A DNA stretch of 41,023 nt from a virus (IMGVR_UViG_2541047694_000003:1-41023); one strand, 5' to 3'; positions 1-11,230 are shown, numbered from the stretch's first letter. A program made the numbers and translations. Notes: generated by a model not told the origin, from the sequence alone.

Positions 1-155
<155 letters not shown>

Positions 156-1254
156 AACCCTGCCTGGTAAGCACATCTATCATTTTTTGGGGATGAAGAA
201 TGGATTCCTGCTGCTTTACTCCATCCGGAGAAAAGACCTTAACCCCCTGAAACTGGTTAAATCCGGCTGATGCCCCGGTATTAAAATAGCCACCATAAGA
301 ACAGGCAATATAATCGTCTCCCACAGCAATTCCCTGACGTTTTGTGAAGCGTCTTGCATAGCTGTCTGTGCTTTCCGTGATATATCCGGAATCATGCAAC
401 GGTAATGTGAATGTCCCTGTCCGACGAAACTGAAAATCATACACCGCAAATACTGTGCGGGTGATCAGGCCTCCCACTTCCGGCGCTGACTGTTCAACCA
501 CCCAGCGGTTTTTACGATAGCTGAACTGGTTGTAAACACCGACATCATGTTCATCAATTAACGGCAATACTGAACCAGAAATTGCCCCATCAAGCGAAAA
601 CTGTTTCAGTAATCCATTTTCTCCTGACATGAACAAACGTAATCCACCGTAATCCGTTGTCACCACAAGGCCTTCGCTGACAACGCCACGACCTCCATTA
701 TCGACATAATAATATCCCTCATATTCGCCGGATGTTGTGTACTGAACTATAACGTTCCGTGTCTGCTTTGGCTCAACGGTATAACTCAGATAGATTTTTT
801 CTCCTGTCACCACAAATCCCTGTGGATACATATATTCCGCACCAGACTGAGCAGCCAGCACCGTATCGTAGTCTGGGAATAATAACGGCAATTCCATTAA
901 GACACTACGGGAATGGTTAGTGTACAGATTGTTCAATGAACCAGCTTTTACATCCTGTAACCCCAGATTTTCAAGAGCGCGTTCTACCGTGCCATCCGAT
1001 TTGATATCGCCAAACGGATTTTTGCGGCTTAACAGCAGCGCACGAAGCGCGGTAAGCAGCTGGTCGTGCCGCGCCTTCTCCAGACTGGCACCGGAGGCCT
1101 CCACCACGCTGCAAAGTTCTTCCTGCAACATGTCAAAGTAGTCATCATCCAGATCGGTGGCAGGCGTGCCGGTCTGGGGGTTACCACGGGTAAAACCGTT
1201 CTTACCCGCGCCGAACTTATCCTTCTGCGCGGTTTTCGTGTCTATACGATGCAT
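156..1254 (-). CDS. phage tail fibre protein, 3' end interrupted by the IS copy at 1..155
   Basis: ORF 1..1254 (-); last gene of a Mu-type baseplate module, following a gp48-like gene; the last ~50 aa of the tracked ORF are IS read-through (same peptide as ORF 28741..28986). Confidence 0.6.
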
Positions 1255-1257
1255 GGA

Positions 1258-1842
1258 TTACTCCGGATATTTGAAAATTACGTAGGTATGCGAAGGGCAG
1301 AGTTTGTTAAGCACGCACTCGACAACGGTATCGCCCCAGATACGCAGTGCGGAATCACAGGGATCGCCACATGTCATCCAGGTGGTGTTGGTGGCGGCTG
1401 GCATGTTGACCTGCCAGTAATACCGCCATTCCGTCGCATTCACTGCGTCAGTACAGGCCGATGAGCAGGTGAACGTGCTTTTGTCGTATCGCGTGATGGT
1501 GGCGTCTGGTCTGCCCAGGGCAGCAAGCTGTGCAAGGTAAAAATCCTCATTGATGCCGCCCGCCAGATTAACCTTCGCATCCAGCCGTTGCTGACGCTGG
1601 CGAAGGGTCTGCGTTCCCGCCGGAATACATTCATCCGGCAGGCCGCACAGACGCTCCCAGCGGTTTATCAGTTCAGTGGTGGTGCGCGGATCCAGCTCCC
1701 GCATCAGGGCATCCGCACGCTGATGAACGCGGGTTAATGACGGTGCCGCACCGGCAATCGCTGGATCGCTGGATGACCACGCCGGACCGGGGGGCAACAG
1801 TGCCGACAACAGACGGATGTAATCATCGTTTGTCACGTCCAT
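1258..1842 (-). CDS. phage tail protein, YmfQ/Mu gp48-like (DUF2313-type)
   Basis: 194-aa ORF, position between baseplate J-like gene and tail fibre; family resemblance by eye. Confidence 0.55.
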   Translation of the reverse strand: MDVTNDDYIRLLSALLPPGPAWSSSDPAIAGAAPSLTRVHQRADALMRELDPRTTTELINRWERLCGLPDECIPAGTQTLRQRQQRLDAKVNLAGGINEDFYLAQLAALGRPDATITRYDKSTFTCSSACTDAVNATEWRYYWQVNMPAATNTTWMTCGDPCDSALRIWGDTVVECVLNKLCPSHTYVIFKYPE

Positions 1843-2891
1843 GAAATCGTCCCCAGTACCGCCAGTTCATTTTTTGCAATGGAGATATTGTCTGCCGGTG
1901 CAAGCAACTGATGGCTGTATTCCCCGTTCGCACCGGAAATCGCTTCACTGATACGCGACACCTTCAGTTCTCCCTGCGGATAACCATCACGCAGCAGGAA
2001 CGAACGCAACTCGGCGGTGATGGCAGCCCGTATTTCCGGTGTGTCCGGCGTCACGCGGATATGAAAATCCACTTTATGCGCCACCGGCCTGAATACATAT
2101 AAATCAGAGCCTGCCACCGGGGCCAGTGGCCCGATATGTTGTCTTGCCGCCGTTTCCGTTGATTCTTCCGGAATGGGATTAATCAGGTCACTGCTGGCAA
2201 TCATCACACCGACAGTTCCCGTTCCCATCCAGTGACGGTATGTCCATGCGCGGGTAATGCCGGGCACTTCTTTAGCCCAGACGACATAGTCCCCGTCAGC
2301 CCCGCCCTGCGGCGTCCAGTAATACCGCTCAATGACGCGGGCGCGCCACGTTTCCAGATCTTCAGTATCGAATCCGCCAGTCAGGGTATCTGCAACACCG
2401 GAAGACGGCAGACCATTCACCGGCGTGACCAGGATTAATGCCGTACCGTCGTCAGCGTTACCGACCGCGCCTGTAGTTGAGCAAGTGATCGGCGCACGCA
2501 GGACACCACCGGAGCTGGTTGCATCGGCAGTTGCCGTGTACTGAACCAGGTCATCGCGCTGAATCACGCTCCCGGCAGTCACCTTCAGGCCATCGCTGAC
2601 ACCTTCCCAGCGCATATACCCGCTGGCAGCCGTGGCCCCCTTGCGCGGACACCGTTTCATCGCAGCATGTCGTGCCAGCCAGGACTCATCGCACAGGTCA
2701 GGCAGCATATTCATTGCCAGATAATCGATGTACCCATAAACCGTATGCAGCGCCGCCGCATACACCTTTGCCCGCACGTCTTCATCCATGCGCCGGAGCG
2801 TGTCGCTGACGTCCAGCCTGGCGAATAAATCGTTACGGAGCATACTGATATTTTCTGCCAGCGTCGGGCGCTGAAATTCACTGTCCGCCAT
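1833..2891 (-). CDS. baseplate J-like protein (Mu gp47-like)
   Basis: 352-aa ORF overlapping neighbours by a few nt, typical baseplate wedge position. Confidence 0.65.
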   Translation of the reverse strand: MADSEFQRPTLAENISMLRNDLFARLDVSDTLRRMDEDVRAKVYAAALHTVYGYIDYLAMNMLPDLCDESWLARHAAMKRCPRKGATAASGYMRWEGVSDGLKVTAGSVIQRDDLVQYTATADATSSGGVLRAPITCSTTGAVGNADDGTALILVTPVNGLPSSGVADTLTGGFDTEDLETWRARVIERYYWTPQGGADGDYVVWAKEVPGITRAWTYRHWMGTGTVGVMIASSDLINPIPEESTETAARQHIGPLAPVAGSDLYVFRPVAHKVDFHIRVTPDTPEIRAAITAELRSFLLRDGYPQGELKVSRISEAISGANGEYSHQLLAPADNISIAKNELAVLGTISWT

Positions 2892-3306
2892 GCGTTATCG
2901 CACTCCACAGATCATCAAAAGAAATCATTACCGGTCCGTCACGACGCCAGAGAGTGATACTGTTACCCAGTTCATTAATCCCGGTGCGGCGGATATCCAG
3001 ATCAATACGGGACACCACGCCGTCATCAATCATCCATTGCAGGCATTCGCGGATATACCCCCTTACCGTCTGCACCAGCTGATTGGTCAGTTTGCTGCGC
3101 TGAAGCAGCCACAGCCGGGAGCCGTAACGGTCATTCTGTACCGCAGGCCAGGTATCCCCCCACCATCCCATCGGGACGTCGGCGTTGTCATCAGGCTCCG
3201 CCCGCCGCCAGGTAAACAGGGAAATCACCACGGCGCGGGTCAGCGGATCCAGCGGTGCGCTGGCGCAGGTGCGTTTACCGTTCACCGTCAGCCACAGTTC
3301 CATCAT
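2878..3306 (-). CDS. phage GP46-family baseplate protein
   Basis: 142-aa ORF between baseplate J-like and spike genes; overlapping stop/start. Confidence 0.55.
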   Translation of the reverse strand: MMELWLTVNGKRTCASAPLDPLTRAVVISLFTWRRAEPDDNADVPMGWWGDTWPAVQNDRYGSRLWLLQRSKLTNQLVQTVRGYIRECLQWMIDDGVVSRIDLDIRRTGINELGNSITLWRRDGPVMISFDDLWSAITHGGQ

Positions 3307-3851
3307 GCCTCCATCGCTTTATCCGGTTTGTCGGTGTTACTGTCCTGACCGTTCTCTCTGTGACGATGCCCGTTATAGGCAAGCCGCATCGCTGACATGG
3401 TGGTGCCGCCGGAGTCGCACAGGTCTTTCACCTGTCCTGTCACTTCCAGGTCCATTTCAAAACGTGCTTTAGGTGAATTGCGAAACGTGATCGTTTTACC
3501 TGCACCGTCCACCACGATCCCCTCCCGGGTCAGCGTCACGGACTGCCCCTGATCGTCATAGACAGCCACCTCACCCGTCTGCAGTCCTTTCAGGCGGTAG
3601 CGCCGGTCCGACACCGTAACAACCACCGCATGAGAACGGTCGCCATCCGGAAACAACACCACCGCTTCCGCACCGCTGTTTGCCCTTGCGGTAAAACCGT
3701 AGGGTTCAAGATGTTCAACCCCGGCTTTGGGTTCACCGGCAATCAGGGACACATCCACGGTCTGACATTTCGTGGCGGCACTGATGCTTTTCACCACGGC
3801 CCGCCCAATCAGGCCGAGTAGTTGTCGCTGCATGGCTTCAATCGCCCTCAT
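3303..3851 (-). CDS. baseplate assembly protein V / spike (Mu gp45-like)
   Basis: 182-aa ORF, ATGA-type overlap with upstream gene; gene order. Confidence 0.55.
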   Translation of the reverse strand: MRAIEAMQRQLLGLIGRAVVKSISAATKCQTVDVSLIAGEPKAGVEHLEPYGFTARANSGAEAVVLFPDGDRSHAVVVTVSDRRYRLKGLQTGEVAVYDDQGQSVTLTREGIVVDGAGKTITFRNSPKARFEMDLEVTGQVKDLCDSGGTTMSAMRLAYNGHRHRENGQDSNTDKPDKAMEA

Positions 3852-4930
3852 CAGAACGGGTCCTCCTGTACTCTGGCTTTTTTCTTTTTCCGCGCGCCGG
3901 GGTCTTCGGGTTCAGGCAGATAAGCATCAGGCGGGCCGACACGGATTTCCGTCAGGGTGCCGTTCTGGTCCTGAGTAAACGTGACTTCCGAGACAAGCAG
4001 TTCGGTATTGTCAAAACCACAGACCGGATCAAAGACAATCACCCGCTGGTTGGGCTGCCACAGCGTACCGTTACCCTGTCGCCAGCCCTGCACCACATAG
4101 GTGGTTTCATCCGTCCGCGCCGCCCGTTGTCGGGCTTCAAAGTCAGCACGCGCAATACAGCCTGCCCCCGTAGCCTGCCCTGTCTGCCTGATATACATCG
4201 GACGGTAACGGGCAATAAATGCGTCCTCTGTGCGGGCCCGCAGCGCGGTGGTGGTGGCCTCACCGAAATCATCGTCGTTTCCGGCACGCTGCCCCGCCAC
4301 CTGGTAAACAGAAAACCGCTCCCGGATACTCTTCTCCGTATCACAGGAAAGGATATTTTCCCCAAGTACCAGCGCGGTATGTGCCCGCGTTGAGCCAATA
4401 CCGCCAATCACCAGCCTGCCGTGCGGGTCGTCGTAAGCCAGTGCCTGCTGCTGACCGAGTATTTTGTTGATTACCTCAATCACCGTTTCACCGTGATCAG
4501 GCTGAACATCAGGAATAACACCCGATGGCGCACCGCTGTTCACCACCTCAATGCCGAAAGGCGCAGCAAGCGCCTGCGCAATCTGCACCAGCGAGCGTCC
4601 GTTAAACTGTGTCGGTTCGGCTGCACAGTCAATCAGGTCAGCCGTCAGACTACGTCCGGCAATACCGGTGCTGACCGAACGGGCATCGTAATGAACGGGA
4701 GTCGCCTCCACCCAGCCGGTGATCACCAGCTCATCACCAATCAGCACTTCCACTTTTGAACCGTTTTTAATGCGCGGCTGAAGCGTGGTGATACCCTCAT
4801 CACCCGGCCACTGGCGGGTGATCTCCACACTGAAATCCCGCGCCAGCCGTTCAATACCGGCACCGATGCGCACCGATGTCCAGCCATTCCACTCCCGGCC
4901 ATTTACCCGTAGCGTGACATTGTCGTTCAT
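3851..4930 (-). CDS. baseplate hub / late control D-like tail protein (Mu gp44-like)
   Basis: 359-aa ORF following the DNA circulation gene. Confidence 0.55.
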   Translation of the reverse strand: MNDNVTLRVNGREWNGWTSVRIGAGIERLARDFSVEITRQWPGDEGITTLQPRIKNGSKVEVLIGDELVITGWVEATPVHYDARSVSTGIAGRSLTADLIDCAAEPTQFNGRSLVQIAQALAAPFGIEVVNSGAPSGVIPDVQPDHGETVIEVINKILGQQQALAYDDPHGRLVIGGIGSTRAHTALVLGENILSCDTEKSIRERFSVYQVAGQRAGNDDDFGEATTTALRARTEDAFIARYRPMYIRQTGQATGAGCIARADFEARQRAARTDETTYVVQGWRQGNGTLWQPNQRVIVFDPVCGFDNTELLVSEVTFTQDQNGTLTEIRVGPPDAYLPEPEDPGARKKKKARVQEDPF

Positions 4931-6300
4931 TGCACTGGCACCTTCAGAGGGATCACCGGCACAAAGCCGGGATGCGTAATGGCATTACGCCGGATAATGT
5001 CCGCGTCACGCGCCGCGTTATCAAACCAGGTCGCCGCCAGCACCAGCGCGGGTAAAACCTCATCCGGTGTGCGCTGAATGATCCGTGCAGACTGTTCAAG
5101 GCGCGTGTTGATATCCGCATTCAGATCTGCTTTCACCCGGCGCAGCGCCAGAAACAGCGCATCACTGGTTGTACGGGACAACTCCTTATCAATTGCCGTA
5201 TTCAGTGTGTCGCGAATGTCAGTCAGTTCTTCCCACGTCGGCAGGTCAACCGTGTTTTTCACCGCCGGTGCATTGTTCAGTGCCGGATGCGTGACGGCAG
5301 GCCAGCCAGTGCTCTGCGCGGGTGTTGTTGCCTGCCCCACTGCGGAATTCTGCATCACCGCGGAAGTTGTTGGCGCAGGCAATCGCGTGACGGCATACGC
5401 CGCTTCGCTGATTGCGGTCGTACGAAGGGTGCTGGCAACCACGTTACGCTGCTGCGTAGCCGTGGCGGTGGTTTTACTGTCCGTTTTCCAGACGCCGCGC
5501 GGTTGCAGATCGCTGCCGAGGCTGACACCGGAAAGCGTTTTGATCATGGTGACCAGGTCGCTGGCGTTACCATAAAGGCGTTTCCCGGTACGCCACATTT
5601 TCTGCACCTGCTCAACGAAATTTTTGCCTGACGATGGCGGCGGCAGAAGTACCGAGATATCCCCCTGCAACAGCCTGGCGGCATCCGATACGGTAGAATC
5701 CACCACTTTCATCGCATCAGAAACATACCCCAGCATTATGCTGGCATTACCGATAACGTCGTTCTGCACGAAATCCGCCACGCCATCGATACTGAAACCG
5801 CTGAAGCTGTCACTGATGCAGTCATCCAGTGCAGAACAGGATGACATCAGCGTCTGCGCCGTCGCCGCACCTGATGTGGGGTAAGAGAGTTCTCCCGCTT
5901 CGACAAACTTCAGGTCAAAGCGGACAATACGCCCTTCACTTTTCGATGTGCTGACCCGAACTTCCCCGTCAACACAGACTTTCATCTCACCGTATGTCGG
6001 ATGGACAAGCGTGCCGGGACCGGGTTTATTCAGCGCGTCAATCAGGCGATCGCGCTGGTCAAAGCAGTCATCTCCCACCACATAAGCTGTGATGGACGGG
6101 CGGAAAGTGACTTTTCCCAGATCTTCGGTATAAGGCTTGTCGCGGTTCGGGTATTCATGTGTTTCCACACGGCGACCGGTTCCCGCACTTTCTTCTTCAA
6201 CCTTAAACGGCACACCTCGAAATGATGCTTCAAGTAGCTTTTCACGCCAGCCACTTCGAGAATTAGAGGATAGGTACGAAGAAATATGAGAAAAATCCAT
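4927..6300 (-). CDS. DNA circulation protein (Mu gp43/N-like)
   Basis: 457-aa ORF directly downstream of the tape measure region; GAGGTG Shine-Dalgarno before the ATG. Confidence 0.55.
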   Translation of the reverse strand: MDFSHISSYLSSNSRSGWREKLLEASFRGVPFKVEEESAGTGRRVETHEYPNRDKPYTEDLGKVTFRPSITAYVVGDDCFDQRDRLIDALNKPGPGTLVHPTYGEMKVCVDGEVRVSTSKSEGRIVRFDLKFVEAGELSYPTSGAATAQTLMSSCSALDDCISDSFSGFSIDGVADFVQNDVIGNASIMLGYVSDAMKVVDSTVSDAARLLQGDISVLLPPPSSGKNFVEQVQKMWRTGKRLYGNASDLVTMIKTLSGVSLGSDLQPRGVWKTDSKTTATATQQRNVVASTLRTTAISEAAYAVTRLPAPTTSAVMQNSAVGQATTPAQSTGWPAVTHPALNNAPAVKNTVDLPTWEELTDIRDTLNTAIDKELSRTTSDALFLALRRVKADLNADINTRLEQSARIIQRTPDEVLPALVLAATWFDNAARDADIIRRNAITHPGFVPVIPLKVPVQ

Positions 6301-6313
6301 GGTGTCACCTCAA

Positions 6314-6345
6314 ATAAAAACCGCGTGTAAACGCGGTTTTTTATT
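6314..6345. terminator. bidirectional rho-independent terminator-like hairpin
   Basis: AACCGCG-tgtaaa-CGCGGTT stem-loop flanked by an A-run on one side and a T-run on the other. Confidence 0.6.
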
Positions 6346-6356
6346 AGGTAATAAAA

Positions 6357-6845
6357 TTAAAGATCATAATCAACATTATGAGTATCTATTCTACATGATG
6401 AATAAGTAATTCCGCTTTCACCACTAATATTTACGCCAGCCTTTACCTTCCCTGATTTCGTAACATCAACAAAGAATTGCCCTCTTGGCATTTTAAATGC
6501 AAAAGAGAAACCAATAATTTCCGAGTCAAAGTTATTTTCATCCTCACTAATTGGTACAATAAAAGCCAATGGTGCAGATTGTGAGTTATTTTCAAAATCA
6601 AAAACACCAATACCTTTATTAAACTCGTAGGATGCTTTTTTTATTAAAAGAGTTCCACTTGCCGACTTTGCTGGGCATATTACAGACAGTCTATTTATTC
6701 CACCTACATCTAGATCTATATTCTTATCTGCTGAAGTTTTAACGTTATCTATAAAGTATGTAGCAAGCTGCTTTTCCGTTACTGGCTTCGCAAAGGAGTT
6801 TAATGGCAGTCCTGCAGCCAACAACAATATAAACATTTTCTTCAT
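6357..6845 (-). CDS. secreted/periplasmic protein of unknown function (moron inside the tail gene cluster)
   Basis: start chosen at MKKMFILLLAAGLPLNSFA (Sec-type signal peptide, no lipobox Cys) with AGGAGA SD; AT-rich codon usage unlike flanking tail genes; own downstream terminator. Confidence 0.6.
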   Translation of the reverse strand: MKKMFILLLAAGLPLNSFAKPVTEKQLATYFIDNVKTSADKNIDLDVGGINRLSVICPAKSASGTLLIKKASYEFNKGIGVFDFENNSQSAPLAFIVPISEDENNFDSEIIGFSFAFKMPRGQFFVDVTKSGKVKAGVNISGESGITYSSCRIDTHNVDYDL

Positions 6846-6909
6846 ATTCTCTCCTACATTCAGCACAAACTTTACCACTCAATAACCCTACTTGATTAAA
6901 GTAGGGTTA

Positions 6910-8811
6910 TTATCGCCTGAATGGAGAATACCCCACATCGTGCGTGATTTTCATCAGGGGATCGGCTTTGCCCGGTACATCAATTATCTTCATGCCTGGC
7001 GGAGCATTCTCGAACGTGACTTTCAGTTCGCTGTGCTGTGTCATGGAAGAAGATGGATTCAACAGCGGAACATTGGGTTTGTACTGACTCAGGCTGGCCT
7101 GATACTGCTCGTACTCTTTACGATCAAAAAAAGGCGTCCAGTCTGAAGCCAGAAACAGCCCTTTATTATCCAGCCAGTTAACTGTATCTTCAGGAACAAC
7201 ACTTTCCAGAGTATCTTTAACCGGCTCATACATCAGGGTTCCCAGAAAACCATATACCCCGGCCTTCCCGATAAAGCCGCGGCCTTTCCCCATCAATCCC
7301 GTTTCTGCCGACACCTTCCCCAGCGTACGCATCTCTCTGGTCACTGCGGTAATGGATTTGGTAACGTCAGCAACCCATTTGGTTGTCATAAACAGGGCGA
7401 TCGCTTTCAGAACAGTTTCCCATCCCCCCATCGCCTGCGCCGTTTCATCCACCACGCGCCAGACTTTTTTTATGACAGGACCTACGGTTTCCCAGTTATC
7501 AATAATGAGGTAAGCGGCACCGACCAGAAGAGCAATCAGACCCTTAGCAGGCGTCATATTCATCACACCGCCGAGAACTTTCATGATTCTGGACAAAGAG
7601 CCTGCAGCGGCCCCCACTGTCAGTAAAGCCAGACCGATTTTAGCAATGGTCTTAACGAGCTCCGGGTTTTCACGGACAAACGTTCTCACTTCCTCAAGGA
7701 GCGGTTTTACCGCTTCAAGACCATCATTAACCTCAGGAAGAAACGTTTCCCCCAGAGTGGAAGAAATGGCATCAAGTTGATTTTGCAGAAGTAAAAGCTG
7801 GTTTTCCGTCGTCGCTGCCCTCGAAGCATATTCCTTCTGCATCGAACTGCCATACTGCTGGGAATCCGCAACCCGCCTGAAGTTGGTACGCAACAAATCA
7901 AGGTTAGTCAGCAGAGGTGCTATCGCGCCCAGAGACTCTTTCCCGAACAGGGCATTCAGCACAGCTGCCTGTTTTTCTTTAGGCACTTTAGCCATCGCAT
8001 CCAGTACAGACAGCATGGTTCCCCGGGCATCTTTCTGCATATCAGCAGCTAATTTCTTCGGATTGATCCGCAGAAAACGTAATGCCTGTTTCTGCGATTT
8101 TGTCGCTGAATTTCCCGCGGTCAGGGAAAGCATGAAGTTCTTGATCCCTGTGGCGGCAATTTCTGACTCCACGCCCATCCCGGCAATGGTTGCCCCCATT
8201 GCCGCGATTTCGCCGGAAGCCACACCTGCAACACCACCTAAAGGACCAATACGCGTAACAATATCGGAGATTTTCTTCGCATTCGCCGGGCCGGTATTAC
8301 CAAGGTAGTTGATTTTGTCAGCCAGCCCAGCCACTTCATCCTGCGTCATATTAAACGCAGTACGCCACTGGGCCATCATCTGCCCGGACTCTTCAGCCGT
8401 GGTATCAAAGGCCACGCCCATCTTCACCGCATCAGTGGCAAACTGCATCAGTTCATCACGTGCAATCCCGGCCTGACCGCCAGCCGCCACAATTTCCGCG
8501 ATCCCGTCTGCAGACATGGGAAGCTCAGTAGACAAAGCGCGTACCTGCTCCGTCATGGCCTTAAACGCATCCGGCGTATCCAGACCGTCCACCACTTTGC
8601 GGACATCAGCCATCTTCGATTCAAGGGTGATGGCTGATTTTACAGGGAGTGCCAGTGCCCCCATTATTGCAGTACCCGCCCCGGCAGCGCCCAGAGCAAG
8701 GCTGGAGACTTCTTTCTGAAACCCCTTAAGCTGACGCTGCATACCTTTAAGCGGGCCGGACAGCCTGTCAACGGCGGTGATGATGGCTTTCAGCTGAAAA
8801 TTATCAGCCAT
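6910..8811 (-). CDS. tail tape measure protein
   Basis: 633-aa Ala/Gly-rich, helical ORF between tail assembly chaperone and baseplate genes. Confidence 0.8.
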   Translation of the reverse strand: MADNFQLKAIITAVDRLSGPLKGMQRQLKGFQKEVSSLALGAAGAGTAIMGALALPVKSAITLESKMADVRKVVDGLDTPDAFKAMTEQVRALSTELPMSADGIAEIVAAGGQAGIARDELMQFATDAVKMGVAFDTTAEESGQMMAQWRTAFNMTQDEVAGLADKINYLGNTGPANAKKISDIVTRIGPLGGVAGVASGEIAAMGATIAGMGVESEIAATGIKNFMLSLTAGNSATKSQKQALRFLRINPKKLAADMQKDARGTMLSVLDAMAKVPKEKQAAVLNALFGKESLGAIAPLLTNLDLLRTNFRRVADSQQYGSSMQKEYASRAATTENQLLLLQNQLDAISSTLGETFLPEVNDGLEAVKPLLEEVRTFVRENPELVKTIAKIGLALLTVGAAAGSLSRIMKVLGGVMNMTPAKGLIALLVGAAYLIIDNWETVGPVIKKVWRVVDETAQAMGGWETVLKAIALFMTTKWVADVTKSITAVTREMRTLGKVSAETGLMGKGRGFIGKAGVYGFLGTLMYEPVKDTLESVVPEDTVNWLDNKGLFLASDWTPFFDRKEYEQYQASLSQYKPNVPLLNPSSSMTQHSELKVTFENAPPGMKIIDVPGKADPLMKITHDVGYSPFRR

Positions 8812-8895
8812 GCTTCATCTCCTCATTTATACGGACGGCCTCTGCCTCCAGATCAGCAAAGTGGGAAATAGCCGTCCTGCGAAGTTCAAGGGGGT

Positions 8896-9219
8896 TTAAT
8901 TTCCAGAACCACGCGACATTGTAGAATCGCTTCCGGAGGTCTCTTCCGTCTCCAAGCCGGTAAAAAAACGCATTACAATCATGCCTGCCTTGAAAATATC
9001 CAGCTTCGTCATCTGCGCTGCAGACGAGCGCGGGATCCCGGCCAGAAGCGGGATATATTTCAGCGCCACCTGACTGTCCATTTTCATACCACCATCAGGC
9101 GAAACAGAGAAAGGGAACCCCAGCGCCTCAATCTCGTCATACGTAGGCTCACGTATTTCCAGCACATGCAGTGTTTCTTTGTGGGCGATGATCGGTTTTT
9201 TAAGTACAAGCTCAATCAC
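8896..9219 (-). CDS. tail assembly chaperone (Mu gp41-like position)
   Basis: 107-aa ORF between tube and tape measure genes. Confidence 0.5.
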   Translation of the reverse strand: MIELVLKKPIIAHKETLHVLEIREPTYDEIEALGFPFSVSPDGGMKMDSQVALKYIPLLAGIPRSSAAQMTKLDIFKAGMIVMRFFTGLETEETSGSDSTMSRGSGN

Positions 9220-9572
9220 TGGTAATCCCCTTCTTCACCGTGGAACTCAAGATCAACCGTGCCTTCTTCGGCATTATGGTTCGCTTCACCGTGCAGCCAG
9301 GCAGACGACAATACATAGACCTGACCGTTCGCCAGCTCGGCAGTGATGGTCATCTCATCAGACGAGGTGATTTTGCTCACCGGAAAATTCTTCGGCACCT
9401 TGAAGGTCCCTTTGACATAAGGTGCACGGTGAGTTTCCTTGCGGTCCACTGAACCGTCCAGGCCGATGATGTCATCATTTACCGTCCTGTTCATGGGCAC
9501 CTCAATGCCGCCGGTCAGCGATAGCTGCTGACCGTCAATTTTGAAATAACAGGTTCCCCCGATACGGGCCAT
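9216..9572 (-). CDS. contractile tail tube protein
   Basis: 118-aa ORF immediately downstream of the sheath gene, overlapping stop/start. Confidence 0.7.
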   Translation of the reverse strand: MARIGGTCYFKIDGQQLSLTGGIEVPMNRTVNDDIIGLDGSVDRKETHRAPYVKGTFKVPKNFPVSKITSSDEMTITAELANGQVYVLSSAWLHGEANHNAEEGTVDLEFHGEEGDYQ

Positions 9573-11068
9573 TATGCAGACTCCTCTGAATACTGAAGAC
9601 GGAACTGGTTAACCACGGCAAAGACACGCAACTGGTTAACATAGTCAGGCGGGAACAGCGTGTTCAGGCGGTTCGGATCGCTGGCATCACGCTCCACAAC
9701 CAGGTACTGCTTAAACAGTTCGTAGTTTTCCACGATCCCCGCACGCTCAAGCTGACGGTAGGTTGCCAGCAGTTCCCCTTTGATCACCGCCGGGGTGACA
9801 ATCGCCTGACCGGGACCAAAGCGGGTACCGTCGCTGGCAAGCTTGTGACGCCCGTACTTACTGGTAATGACGGATTTCAGTTTGCGCAGCACATACGCGC
9901 TGGTATGCAGCGTCTCGCTGTCGAGGTAGCTGTTATCCGCAACACCGTAAGCGTTTTTCCTGTACGTGGTGACATCACGCTGAATGCGCAGCACCCCGCT
10001 TTCGACATACGCCGTTGCCACGCCATGAGACAGCAGGGTCTGTTGTTCGGTCATCGTGAACCGTTTCCCCTTCGGCGCAGGCAGCATACCCACCAGCTCA
10101 CCGGTCTGCGTGGGACGTGCCGGATCGTTGCGAATAAACACCGCTGCGCGGGCGGTACGGCTTGCCGCCAGCTCGTCGGCAGGCGTCTGGGTCTCTTTTT
10201 CGTACCCCGCCAGGGTAATGTGCTGCTGGTTAAACTGGTCACCTGCGGTCACCAGTTCTGACAGCGTGCCGATCTTTGCCGTATACACATGACCATACAG
10301 CTGACGCGCATAGCTCCAGCGACCGCTGGTATCGTTCATCTCGGTCACCAGCGTGTTAACGGAGGCCGTGTCGTTGAACGGCAGGCCGATATAATCAAAC
10401 GGCTCATCCGCCATTGCAGCCACCGCGCCGGTGAGAACAGGAGCGCCCGTTCCGGCGTTCCCCGTCGCCACGGCAATCTGTACGCCCGCTGGCAGCACTT
10501 CGCCCCCACCAAAGCCGTAGTAATTGAGGCTGACAGGAATTTCATTCCCGCAAAGCCCCTTATGACGCGCGGTCAGTGTGACCACGCCTGCCGAAGATGA
10601 GGCAGTAAACGGCAGGGTCGGAACGGCATTGATGGCATCTTTGATACTGCTGGCAATCGTCGCGACGTTATCGCCGTTGGTCACCGGTGCCTGCACGCGG
10701 GTACGTCCCACATAAACATTCACCGTGCCGGTTTCGGTTGCCTCCCCGGTCACCGTCAGCGTAACCGTTGCCGCCGCGCCTGTGGCTTCCGGAACGGCAA
10801 TCACATACAGCTCGCCAAACGGGTCAGTCTGGCGATAAGCCTCGACCATACGCGCCAGCTGACTTCCCGCACCACAAATCTGGCGTGCATAGTCTGCCGA
10901 CGGCATCAGCACCAGACTGTTGGCAACAATCTCTGCACCGTTATTGGCATGACCAATCAGCAGCGATGCTCCGCTGTCCTGTGCAGTATTCGCCGCCTGG
11001 TTATCCATTTCCGCATAAAACAGCGGAACCAGCGTATTCGACGGAATGGTGTTAAAGCTTATCGTCAT
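9572..11068 (-). CDS. contractile tail sheath protein
   Basis: 498-aa ORF, first gene of the sheath-tube-chaperone-tape measure series. Confidence 0.8.
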   Translation of the reverse strand: MTISFNTIPSNTLVPLFYAEMDNQAANTAQDSGASLLIGHANNGAEIVANSLVLMPSADYARQICGAGSQLARMVEAYRQTDPFGELYVIAVPEATGAAATVTLTVTGEATETGTVNVYVGRTRVQAPVTNGDNVATIASSIKDAINAVPTLPFTASSSAGVVTLTARHKGLCGNEIPVSLNYYGFGGGEVLPAGVQIAVATGNAGTGAPVLTGAVAAMADEPFDYIGLPFNDTASVNTLVTEMNDTSGRWSYARQLYGHVYTAKIGTLSELVTAGDQFNQQHITLAGYEKETQTPADELAASRTARAAVFIRNDPARPTQTGELVGMLPAPKGKRFTMTEQQTLLSHGVATAYVESGVLRIQRDVTTYRKNAYGVADNSYLDSETLHTSAYVLRKLKSVITSKYGRHKLASDGTRFGPGQAIVTPAVIKGELLATYRQLERAGIVENYELFKQYLVVERDASDPNRLNTLFPPDYVNQLRVFAVVNQFRLQYSEESA

Positions 11069-11222
11069 CGGTGTTCACCTTTTTATTCACGCGCCGGATA
11101 TCACCCGCTGCTTCACGGCGCAGCCAGTAGTTGTTCTCGTCAACATTTCGCCCTTCGGCGGGCAAAAGGTCGCCGCGGGCAGGGTCAGGCACTGACCGCC
11201 CTTTAACAGGTTTGACAAACAT
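11052..11222 (-). CDS. small hypothetical protein upstream of the sheath gene (not in the ORF track; below its length cutoff)
   Basis: 56-codon ATG ORF with GAGGA SD 5 nt upstream; stop overlaps the sheath start; translation MFVKPVKGRSVPDPARGDLLPAEGRNVDENNYWLRREAAGDIRRVNKKVNTDDDKL. Confidence 0.4.
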   Translation of the reverse strand: MFVKPVKGRSVPDPARGDLLPAEGRNVDENNYWLRREAAGDIRRVNKKVNTDDDKL

Positions 11223-11230
11223 GAGGATCC

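Noticed and set aside
1066-1464. 132-aa plus-strand ORF spanning the tail fibre/gp48 junction, and similar antisense ORFs throughout 1..21000 (e.g. 7883..8308, 11255..11845, 15582..16097)
   Set aside because: They overlap strongly supported minus-strand structural genes on the opposite strand and show no SD or operon context.
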